DNA of 59,743 bases, taken from assembly GCA_964452145.1 (NCBI GenBank), contig CAYVLA010000002.1, forward strand, positions 1 to 59,743, in the 5' to 3' direction. The DNA is from Candidatus Hadarchaeota archaeon (GTDB taxonomy: Archaea > CAYQAE01 > CAYVLA01). Numbering within the stretch: position 1 is the stretch's first letter; each line of letters opens with the position of its first letter. Below, piece by piece: positions 49,905 to 57,899 of the stretch. The position numbers and the translations under genes are program-made. The notes below the pieces were generated by a model that was not told the origin of the DNA, ran no database searches, and worked only from the letters and a program-made list of their open reading frames with translations.

Positions 49905-50791
49905 GCACTCCCCGCCGTCTTGCGATCTTGCCAAAGCATGAATAGGCCTTGGGTGCCAAGTTCTCCAAGCCCCTGCATAACAGCTTCGTTGAACAGGGAA
50001 TGGGTAAGCTCGGTTCCCGGACATTCCATGCCCAGGTAGCGCATTGACTCAACAGCCAACCTCAGATCCTTGGCCTGGAGAGCTACTCTGAAGCCGGGCG
50101 AGAAGTCGCCTGCCAGGATGGCTTGCCCGAGGTTGGATAACATCCATGAAGCTGCGGCACCCGTAGATACGACCTGATGCACCTTCGCGGGGTCAAGGCG
50201 CAGAGCGTTGGCGAATCTCATGCCTTCAACGACGCCGAGTATGTTGAGTGCGCAGATCACCTGGTTCACAAGCTTCACCTTCTGTCCGTCGCCATTCTTC
50301 CCGACATGGTGGATGTTCTTTCCCATCGCCTTGAACAGAGGTAGACACTTGGTAAAGATATCCGCCTTGCCCCCGACCATTATCGTCAACGTCCCATCCG
50401 TGGCTCCTCTCTGTCCCCCGCTTACAGGAGCATCGAGCATCTCCACTCCCATCTCTGCCAACCGGGAGGCGAAGTCGATGGTGGCTTGGGGGGAAATCGT
50501 GCTCATGTCGATGATGATCTTCCCGGGCGACAGACCCCTGGCTAGGCCTCTCGGCCCGAACAGAACAGCTTCGACGTCCGGCGTGTCCGTTACGATCATG
50601 ATGATGACGTCGCATAGCGTTGCGAGTTCGGTAGGATTGTCCGCGATTGCGGCGCCCCGTTTTCTGAGGGGCTCGCACTTAGCCCTGGTGCGATTGTAGA
50701 TCATCAGGTCGTAGCCAGCTTTCAAAAGGTTTACGGCCATGGGGTTTCCCATGATCCCCAGTCCGACGAAACCGATCATCGATCCGTTCAC
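49901..50791 (-). CDS. NAD(P)-dependent beta-hydroxyacid dehydrogenase (tartronate semialdehyde reductase-like)
   Basis: GFVGLGIMG; DMSTISP; LDAPVSGG; K..NQ; KDL.LA. Confidence 0.92.
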   Translation of the reverse strand: MNGSMIGFVGLGIMGNPMAVNLLKAGYDLMIYNRTRAKCEPLRKRGAAIADNPTELATLCDVIIMIVTDTPDVEAVLFGPRGLARGLSPGKIIIDMSTISPQATIDFASRLAEMGVEMLDAPVSGGQRGATDGTLTIMVGGKADIFTKCLPLFKAMGKNIHHVGKNGDGQKVKLVNQVICALNILGVVEGMRFANALRLDPAKVHQVVSTGAAASWMLSNLGQAILAGDFSPGFRVALQAKDLRLAVESMRYLGMECPGTELTHSLFNEAVMQGLGELGTQGLFMLWQDRKTAGSA

Positions 50792-50921
50792 CCGGCCATC
50801 CGGACAAGTGCCATGGCTTATACCTCTTTTTGCGGGATACCGTCATTGATGGGGAAGGGACAGCCAGAGACCCCAACTGCAGGGGTGGGATTTTTATTGT
50901 CGATCCTCCGAGGGTGGACCG

Positions 50922-51686
50922 ATGAAGATGGCTACCAACATTGTCTGCTTGGCCGCGTATGCGATGGACTTCGTGCGAGTTGGCGGCACACTGATGAAGC
51001 ACAAGCGCGCCGGCGGCTGGGCCGGGGCGGTGATAGGCATCGAGTACGGGGAGGAAGAGAAGGAGCAGATAAGGACCGCAGCGGACATCTTGGGCATGGA
51101 TGTGTACTATCTCGACCTCCCCAGAGGCAATGTCTGGCCTACTGTGGAGGCCAAGAAGAAGGTTGTCCGGGTCATCCGCGAGAAGAGACCTGAGGTGGCC
51201 ATCATGTGTGACCCTAGGGATGTCTGGGGCCCCGGCGATCCGGACCGCATGGCGGCCTACGAGATCTACAGGGACGCCGTCTCCCTTGCCGCCCGGCCGA
51301 CATTCGCTCCCGAACAACTCGAGGAAGGCCTAAAGGTCCATCCAATCAAAGCCGTCTACTACCCCACGTTTGAGAGTCCCGACTGCGTGGTGGACATATC
51401 TGGTTTCTACTCCACAAAGAGAAAGGCCGAGGATGCGCTGAGGTTCCAGATCGTGTTCGCCATCGAGTCGTGGAGAAGCCTCGCGCCCGAGTCGGTTTTC
51501 AGGTCGCTGGTAGCTGATTACGAGGAAGCCAAGAAGGATCCCTATGAGCTGGGTCGAGCCGTGGAGGAGATTATGGAGAATGCCACCCACATACTCCAAG
51601 GCACCAAGGGAAGGACCGCCCTTGGAGAGACATTCCGGCGTGAGTTGAGGATGGGCGTGTACACCTTCGATCAGCTGCCCATCTAG
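50922..51686 (+). CDS. PIG-L/LmbE-family protein with substituted metal ligands
   Basis: AAYAMDFV..GGTL; AADILG; IREKRPE; DPDR; VDIS.....K..A. Confidence 0.7.
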   Translation: MKMATNIVCLAAYAMDFVRVGGTLMKHKRAGGWAGAVIGIEYGEEEKEQIRTAADILGMDVYYLDLPRGNVWPTVEAKKKVVRVIREKRPEVAIMCDPRDVWGPGDPDRMAAYEIYRDAVSLAARPTFAPEQLEEGLKVHPIKAVYYPTFESPDCVVDISGFYSTKRKAEDALRFQIVFAIESWRSLAPESVFRSLVADYEEAKKDPYELGRAVEEIMENATHILQGTKGRTALGETFRRELRMGVYTFDQLPI

Positions 51687-51751
51687 GGGCCGCTGCGGGG
51701 TCGAGGATCGCGTGCATTCTGACCCTTACCGGATCGTAGGGACTTAGGACG

Positions 51752-51783
51752 CGGAAACCCGGAGACCCGGAAACCCGGAAACT
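51752..51783. repeat. 8-bp tandem repeat, four copies
   Basis: CGGAAACC-CGGAGACC-CGGAAACC-CGGAAACT, directly upstream of an ATTTATTA box. Confidence 0.8.
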
Positions 51784-51825
51784 AAGATTTATTAGATACC
51801 CTAGTCGACGCCCAATGACATACGG

Positions 51826-52122
51826 GTGGATAGACTTTTGCGTGGGCCTCATGCCGTTAATGCGACCAAAATCGTCTTAGATGTCTTAAAGCCCCATCAG
51901 CCCTCCATTCTTGAGCTCAACAAGCTCATAGGAGCGCTTGATGGCGTTCGATCCGTGAACACGGTCCTTCGGGAAGTGGATGCGGACACCGAAACCGTCG
52001 TCCTCTCGATCGAGGGGCCGGCTCTCGACTACGACGCGGTACTCGAAATAATACAACAGTGTAGTGCGAGCGTTCACAGCATCGACGAGGTCTCGGTCGA
52101 GAAAGTCGAGAAAGGACGTTGA
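51826..52122 (+). CDS. DUF211 family protein
   Basis: IVLDVLKPHQP...GV..VN....EVD.DT....IEG..LDY...VHSIDEV. Start uncertain. Confidence 0.88.
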   Translation: MDRLLRGPHAVNATKIVLDVLKPHQPSILELNKLIGALDGVRSVNTVLREVDADTETVVLSIEGPALDYDAVLEIIQQCSASVHSIDEVSVEKVEKGR

Positions 52123-52156
52123 AGGGTTGCCGTCCCTTTTCGGGGAGAACGTCTAG

Positions 52157-52801
52157 ATGGGCCCGTGGGACACCATCAGGGAAAGGATAGGCCTTTTCCG
52201 AAGCTACGTCAGGATAACCGAGGCCGATGAGATCGCGCGAAGATACTTCGTTATGAATGCCTTCGATGGATCGCTGACGATGCTGGGGATCATCCTGGGA
52301 ACTGCGCTCACCCGAGTCAGGGACGCCCGGATCATCATAGGTGCCGGGGTAGGAGCGAGCCTGGCCATGGGTATTTCGGGTTTCTTTGGGACCTATATGA
52401 CCGAGAAGGCTGAGAGAAAGAGGAAGCTGAAGAAGCTTGAGCGGGCCATGGTGACCAGCCTCGACGAGACGGTTTGGGACGATGCATCAACGTTTGTCAC
52501 GGTGTGGGCCGCGGTCGTCGACGGGCTGTCGCCAGCTCTGTCCGCCTTCTTCGCTGTGGTCCCTTTCATCGCCGCCCAACTCGGATTCATGGGCTTCGAT
52601 TCCGCCTTTCTGGGTTCACTCATACTGATAATGGCAACCCTGTTTCTGCTGGGCGCATTTCTGGGCAGGGTATCGGATGAAAACATTCCCCTCAACGGGC
52701 TGAGGATGCTGTTGGTGGGGGCCCTGACGGGCATCGTGATCTGGCTTCTCTCCGAGAAGGGGCCGGAGACCGCCCAAGCGCTCATCCTCTGTCTCATCTA
52801 G
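52157..52801 (+). CDS. VIT1/CCC1-family membrane protein (archaeal type)
   Basis: IARRYFVMNAFDG..TMLG; AMGISG..GTYMTE.AER; VDGLSP. The usual partner of DUF211. Confidence 0.88.
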   Translation: MGPWDTIRERIGLFRSYVRITEADEIARRYFVMNAFDGSLTMLGIILGTALTRVRDARIIIGAGVGASLAMGISGFFGTYMTEKAERKRKLKKLERAMVTSLDETVWDDASTFVTVWAAVVDGLSPALSAFFAVVPFIAAQLGFMGFDSAFLGSLILIMATLFLLGAFLGRVSDENIPLNGLRMLLVGALTGIVIWLLSEKGPETAQALILCLI

Positions 52802-53054
52802 AGCCTGACCGCCATGCGTTCGACGTCGGAGCGATGGCTCCCTCAACCATCTTCTGAGCAGATACCCATTATCCCGGCTGGGCATTGTCTGCATGCTGGG
52901 GCCGTCCTGTCGCACTTCTCGGGCTTGAGGCCATGTCTTCTCCACTATTGCGTGTCATTCTCGGCGGTCCGTTCTGCCCGTCTCGTGCTGGGCGCGTTTC
53001 TTCTAGACCATAAGGGTTACGGTCTCCTCGGTCGTAGATCCTCCAGGCAGGCGC

Positions 53055-54815
53055 TCACTGGTTGACCTGTTTGAGCTGCATGCGGTAAAGCTCGGTTATC
53101 TCCCTGGTCGTAGTCGCGTCCTCAGGTCTCCTGTCGTTCCTCATCTTCACAAGCCTGGGGAACCTTATGGCAAGGCCGCTGCCCTTGCGGATGGCATCGA
53201 ACGCGCAGGTGTGAACGGGTGAGAGCGTGATCTCGTCGCCGATGACCTCTAGAACAACTGAGGGCGACACCCAGACATCGGCCTCAAGGAGGGCTCTGAC
53301 GCGCGGGTCCCTTCTCTCGGTGACCAGAGGCCCTAGCATCTGGGGTAGGCTGAGGAGTTCCTCATCCTTGAACCCGCTTCCGAGCTTGCAGACCGTATCG
53401 TAGCAGCCTTCGGCGTCGTCGTATGCGGCCATCAGCAGGGCGCCATAGGTGCCCGCCCTCCTTCCCCTGCCCGCCAAGGCCCCTACCACGGCCAAGTCGA
53501 CCGTATCCGCCATCTCAGATCTGTAGGATCTCTTCCATTTGATCCACATCCAGCCCCTCTTCCCGGCTTCGTAAGCGGAATCCTTCGCGACGGACTTGCA
53601 CACCAGTCCCTCCGTTCCCTCGTTGATCGCCTTCTCGAAGAAAGCCTCGATCTTCACAGGGTCCGATGATATCATCCTGGTCGCTATCCTGACGCTTTCG
53701 CCCTCCTTGACGATATTCGGCAGTCTTGAGGTTCTCGTCAGGTAATCCTTCTGGGTGAGATCCTCGCCATCGATCAGGAGTGCATCGAAGAGGAAGAGGA
53801 CGACGGGGACCTCCTCGACGGTCTTCTCTATCTCGTGCTTTCTACCCCTCCTTTGCGAGACGACCTGGAAGGGTAGTATGTCCCCTGTATTGGGATCAAC
53901 CGGCACGCACTCGCCGTCGAGGATCGCCGTTCTTGCTTTGATGGAGTCCCCTAGGGCCCGGACAAGGTCCGGGAACTGCTCGGTGATGTTCTCCTGTCTG
54001 CGGGAGAATAGGACTACCTTGCCGGGAAAGACGTGGGCCTGCACCCTGATCCCGTCGTATTTGTACTCGGCAGCGCACGTGCCCCCTAGCTTCTCTAGGA
54101 TCTCGGTCAGCGACTTCAACCTCTCGGCCATTTGGGGCTTTATTGGCATGCCCAATGAGATGCCGTAATGCTTTACACCATCCATCCCCTTGGTGGCGAG
54201 AAGACGGGCGACATGTCCGATATCAGAGGACAGATTGTAGGCCCTCTCAATGTCTGGTCTGGACTTCTTGCCTTCGCCGAAGACGATGGCAAATGCGTCC
54301 AGTAGCGTCATGTCGGCGATGCCCAGCCGCAGCCTGCCCAGAACGGTTCGGAGGAGGTATCTGGATTCCTGCGGACTCGCATCGCTCAAAATGCCGGACA
54401 GCAGGCGGATCTTGATCTGCTGGGTTCCCTTACCCGAAGCCCGTGAAATGCGGTCCAGGGTGTCGTATACCCGCGAGACCGTCAGCTCGTCCGAAGAGAG
54501 GGTGGTCTGTGGTCTACGGGCCAGGATCTCCTCCATGGTCTTGCCTAGATCGCCCGTTCTCTTGTAGTTCCCGGCTATCTCTTGGACGCCTATGCCGGTG
54601 ACGGAGGACATCGCCTTCATGGCAAGCTTCTCGGCCAGGCCTAGCTCGATTCCCATGTAAGCTGGGTGGACTTCGCCGAGGCATAGGCGGCAAACCCTGT
54701 CGATCTCCTCTCCTGGAGTGTGCCGCAGGAGGCTGACCAGATGATCGGTCATCTCCAGGCGCTTGGTCGTCCTCTCTATGCTGCTGAAGGTCTCGCACAG
54801 CGTACGATAAAGCAT
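53055..54815 (-). CDS. lig: ATP-dependent DNA ligase
   Basis: EYKYDG motif I; FSRRQE; LDGE; EGLVCK; WIKWK; RFPR. Confidence 0.96.
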   Translation of the reverse strand: MLYRTLCETFSSIERTTKRLEMTDHLVSLLRHTPGEEIDRVCRLCLGEVHPAYMGIELGLAEKLAMKAMSSVTGIGVQEIAGNYKRTGDLGKTMEEILARRPQTTLSSDELTVSRVYDTLDRISRASGKGTQQIKIRLLSGILSDASPQESRYLLRTVLGRLRLGIADMTLLDAFAIVFGEGKKSRPDIERAYNLSSDIGHVARLLATKGMDGVKHYGISLGMPIKPQMAERLKSLTEILEKLGGTCAAEYKYDGIRVQAHVFPGKVVLFSRRQENITEQFPDLVRALGDSIKARTAILDGECVPVDPNTGDILPFQVVSQRRGRKHEIEKTVEEVPVVLFLFDALLIDGEDLTQKDYLTRTSRLPNIVKEGESVRIATRMISSDPVKIEAFFEKAINEGTEGLVCKSVAKDSAYEAGKRGWMWIKWKRSYRSEMADTVDLAVVGALAGRGRRAGTYGALLMAAYDDAEGCYDTVCKLGSGFKDEELLSLPQMLGPLVTERRDPRVRALLEADVWVSPSVVLEVIGDEITLSPVHTCAFDAIRKGSGLAIRFPRLVKMRNDRRPEDATTTREITELYRMQLKQVNQ

Positions 54816-54846
54816 CAGAATGCCGTACAGGCCTTTCCTGGACCCA

Positions 54847-55485
54847 CTATTCTTTGTTTCTCTCGCCCCTCGGGTGCCGTCTCGAGGTCTCACCCGTCTG
54901 TGGCGTGGGGTTGGGGCTTCGCCAGATCCGTATTCTCAGCCCTCGGTGCCTCAGCCTCTTTGCGAAGCGCTTGGCCGCAGAGCTTGACCCCAGTGGAGCC
55001 ACCAGCACGGCTTCCTCGGCCCCCCTCTCCAACATGGCCCTCATGATGTCCTGGCACGCGAGAATGCCTACCCGCTCGCTGTGGATCCTCGCCACGATGG
55101 CCTTTCCGTCGGATGACCGCAGAAACAGGTCTACATCCTTCCCTGGTTCCAGGCTTTGGGTGTAGCCAAACCTCTCCAAGGTGCTTCTGAGTCCAAGCGC
55201 TAATCTAGGTCTGGGCCCCGAATGTCGGCGGAGCCTAGTGCGGGGTACTGAGGGCTGCCACAATGATCCGATCGGAACACCAGGAAGCTCGGGTGTCTTG
55301 GCCTTGGTACTCCCGTCTTCGCCCAGAATCACATAGGTCAGCGGTACCACGATGAGCCATAGGAGGGGTATCATGCCGGCCCTCCCAAGTGGAGCGGCGA
55401 CGTACGACAGGGATGCGACAGTCAGGATGATCGCACAAGAGGGCCAGAGATATCTGCGTTGGTGTCGATCGTGCAGATGGCCCAT
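54847..55485 (-). CDS. Two-TM protein with a degenerate restriction-endonuclease-like (Mrr-type) domain
   Basis: Two N-terminal TMs; LERFGY...DVDL...IVARI...VG..ACQDI...GA..AVLV......AAKRFA. TGATG overlap with the upstream ORF. Confidence 0.6.
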   Translation of the reverse strand: MGHLHDRHQRRYLWPSCAIILTVASLSYVAAPLGRAGMIPLLWLIVVPLTYVILGEDGSTKAKTPELPGVPIGSLWQPSVPRTRLRRHSGPRPRLALGLRSTLERFGYTQSLEPGKDVDLFLRSSDGKAIVARIHSERVGILACQDIMRAMLERGAEEAVLVAPLGSSSAAKRFAKRLRHRGLRIRIWRSPNPTPQTGETSRRHPRGERNKE

Positions 55486-55817
55486 CAACACGATGTCCTC
55501 CTGTTGGAGCTGGACGGAATCGGGTGGTCTGAATCACAAGGAGTGGCAGAAGCCGATGCTGGAGCCTTGATGGCCCTCCGAGCATGCACCGTCCCGTGAG
55601 GGACAACTGCCGTGCTCCTCATCGAGGCCTTTTCACCCATGCGCCCCTGAGGTGCCTCCTCCGGTCCTACCGTCACCCTGGCCGTCAGGCCCATCTCCCG
55701 CATGACAGCTTTGACGCGAGCCGCGAGGGCCCCGACCATGGCGGATGAGGCATGGTTGCCCTCCATGTCCGAGATCCCGGTGATCACTATGAGCCTCTTG
55801 GCAGCCTTAGGTCTCAA
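55485..55817 (-). CDS. Hypothetical protein
   Basis: ORF whose stop overlaps the start of the next gene; no motif recognised. Confidence 0.35.
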   Translation of the reverse strand: MRPKAAKRLIVITGISDMEGNHASSAMVGALAARVKAVMREMGLTARVTVGPEEAPQGRMGEKASMRSTAVVPHGTVHARRAIKAPASASATPCDSDHPIPSSSNRRTSC

Positions 55818-56079
55818 GATGTCTGCTTCCAGGTGTTACGATAAGAAAACTGTATTGTTTGAGGGGTCTGTTTTGATTAACCATGGTTTTGAAACCGTTA
55901 TCAAAAGGCGGTTCTTTCTGCATTCTGTGCAGCCGTGCTTGTGTTCGCGGTGAAGTGTCGCGCACCCGGTGAACAATAATACGCTCTATCAGCTCAACAT
56001 TGCAGCAATTTCCGCAAATGCCTTGTTCGAATGTTAGGACTGGGGACGAAGCCGTACCGGGCTCGTCCGCATCTGAAAC

Positions 56080-56949
56080 CTACCTCGGCCCGATGTGTGA
56101 TACGCTGCGGGCTGCCCTTTCGTTGGAACTTCTAAGGGTTTCGACGAGGCTCAGACCTTGGAGGATACCAGCGAGGAAGGCGCCAGTGAAGGCATCTCCC
56201 GCGCCGGTGGTATCCACCGCTCTCCCTGCCATGCCTGGGGTGCGTGTCACCGAACCACATCGCGATGCGATGCTACCTCGCGGACCCAAGGTAACCACGA
56301 CCAAATCGGCCAGTTCTCGCACGAGGTCAAACGCCTCATCCTTGTCGCTCGTCCCGGCAAGGGCTTCCGCTTCATCGCCATTTAGGATGAGGATGTCCGC
56401 ATACCGCCGTATCAGGCGGCAGAATCTTCTGCGTCGCATTCTGATGATGTTGTGAGCACCTCCCCCCACCGCCAGCTGCCTGCCGCATTCCTTGGCTCTC
56501 TTGGACAGGAGCTCCATCTGTCGCGCCGATCTCCCGGTTTCCATGGAGAACCCGGATAGGAATACGATCTTGCTTGAAGCAAGCAGGTCCTCGGGGATCT
56601 CTTCGGCCATGAGGAAATCGTTGGCTCCTCGGCTGGTGTACATAGTCCTCTTACCATCGGCGCAAACGAGGTTGATGCACACTCCCGTTGGGGCCCGGCA
56701 TCCAAGGATGAGGGCCGGGATGCGGCGAGCTGCAAGATCGGATTCATAGATCCGACCAAAGGCGTCGTACCCGACCTTGCCTATGAAGGCCGCTTCGGCC
56801 CCACAAGATGCCGCAGCGACGGCGACATTTCCCAGCCCGCCGGGCGAGATGAGGATCGTGGAGGGGCATGTTCCACTCAGAGAGGCGGCCCTGGCCTTGA
56901 CGGTCACGTCCATCATTGCGTCGCCGATCACCAAGAGGTCAGCGCACAT
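56080..56949 (-). CDS. PfkB-family carbohydrate kinase
   Basis: PGG..NVAVA...G....FIGKVG.D.FG; N.DEA; VTLG.RG; DTTGAGDAF. TTATAT box at about 56978-56983. Confidence 0.92.
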   Translation of the reverse strand: MCADLLVIGDAMMDVTVKARAASLSGTCPSTILISPGGLGNVAVAAASCGAEAAFIGKVGYDAFGRIYESDLAARRIPALILGCRAPTGVCINLVCADGKRTMYTSRGANDFLMAEEIPEDLLASSKIVFLSGFSMETGRSARQMELLSKRAKECGRQLAVGGGAHNIIRMRRRRFCRLIRRYADILILNGDEAEALAGTSDKDEAFDLVRELADLVVVTLGPRGSIASRCGSVTRTPGMAGRAVDTTGAGDAFTGAFLAGILQGLSLVETLRSSNERAARSVSHIGPR

Positions 56950-57019
56950 GGTAGATCGTAGCTACGCGGCCCTCTGGATATAAGGCCTATCCCACTGAGG
57001 TTCGGATTGGTCCTGGCAC

Positions 57020-57853
57020 CTACCCGGAGTTCTCGCGTCTGACCGACATCGCTGCTCCAAGGGCCGTGCAGAAGTCCGGGTCACGGGGAACCACCATCTT
57101 GACCTTGTACAGGCCGCCGACGCCCATTATCACGCTTGTGATCTCCTCATTTGCCGCAACCTTGCCAACGAGAACGACATGGTCCTCAAGGCCGTGGGCC
57201 TTGGAGGCCAGGCAGGCGATCGTTCCTATCGTCTGCCCGACCATGTTGACGACGCCCCGGGCGAGGTCAGCCTCCGTGGCGTCGTCCGTGACCTTCCCGA
57301 AGTTTGAGGCTGTGGCGTTCTCGGGCAGGAACCCGACCGCTCCTCCTGCGATGTCCTTTACGGAGAGGTCGACTTTGCTCAGGTCACCCCCCCGGGCGAG
57401 TTTCCATAGGCTGTCGATTTCGAACTTGTTGAGGATGCACCTGGATAGTCCGACCAGCGTCCCTCCGCCAACTCCTGTTCCTCCGACATGCCGGATGCTC
57501 CTTCCATGGTCTCGGACCTCAAGAACGGCCGTGCCGGTCCCCATGCTAACGACCAAGGCATCCCTCTTTCCCGTCAGCTCTATACCTCCCAATCCGATCG
57601 CGGTCATCTCTTCGACCTTTCTGACGGGGAGCCCGAGCAGATCAGAGGCCATGGCGTGGGTGCCCCCGCCGGTGAGGGCGACGCAGCGCACATCGGCCAA
57701 GTTCCTCTTCATCCCCGAGAACAGTTTCCCCAGAGCCCCCGCCGCTGCAGCGTAGGGATCGGTTGTGACGACGGAGGCTTTCCCCACGATCCCGTTGTGA
57801 TAGGCCACGGCCTTCGTCGAGCTTCCTCCCACGTCGATGCCAACGATCATCAC
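57020..57853 (-). CDS. Type II pantothenate kinase-like (fumble/ASKHA) protein
   Basis: GIDVGGSSTK; LTGGG; VSMGTGT; GGTGVGGGTLVGL; VDLSVKDI; TASNFGK; ALGA. Confidence 0.8.
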   Translation of the reverse strand: MMIVGIDVGGSSTKAVAYHNGIVGKASVVTTDPYAAAAGALGKLFSGMKRNLADVRCVALTGGGTHAMASDLLGLPVRKVEEMTAIGLGGIELTGKRDALVVSMGTGTAVLEVRDHGRSIRHVGGTGVGGGTLVGLSRCILNKFEIDSLWKLARGGDLSKVDLSVKDIAGGAVGFLPENATASNFGKVTDDATEADLARGVVNMVGQTIGTIACLASKAHGLEDHVVLVGKVAANEEITSVIMGVGGLYKVKMVVPRDPDFCTALGAAMSVRRENSG

Positions 57854-57899
57854 ATCACATCCGCCATCGCCGCTCTCTTGGTTTCATAACAGGCGCTTC

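Noticed and set aside
51752..51783. CRISPR array
   Set aside because: The units are 8 bp, contiguous and have no spacers; there are no cas genes in the window.
55830..56040. Replication origin in the AT-rich spacer
   Set aside because: No ORB-like repeats and no adjacent cdc6/orc1 gene.
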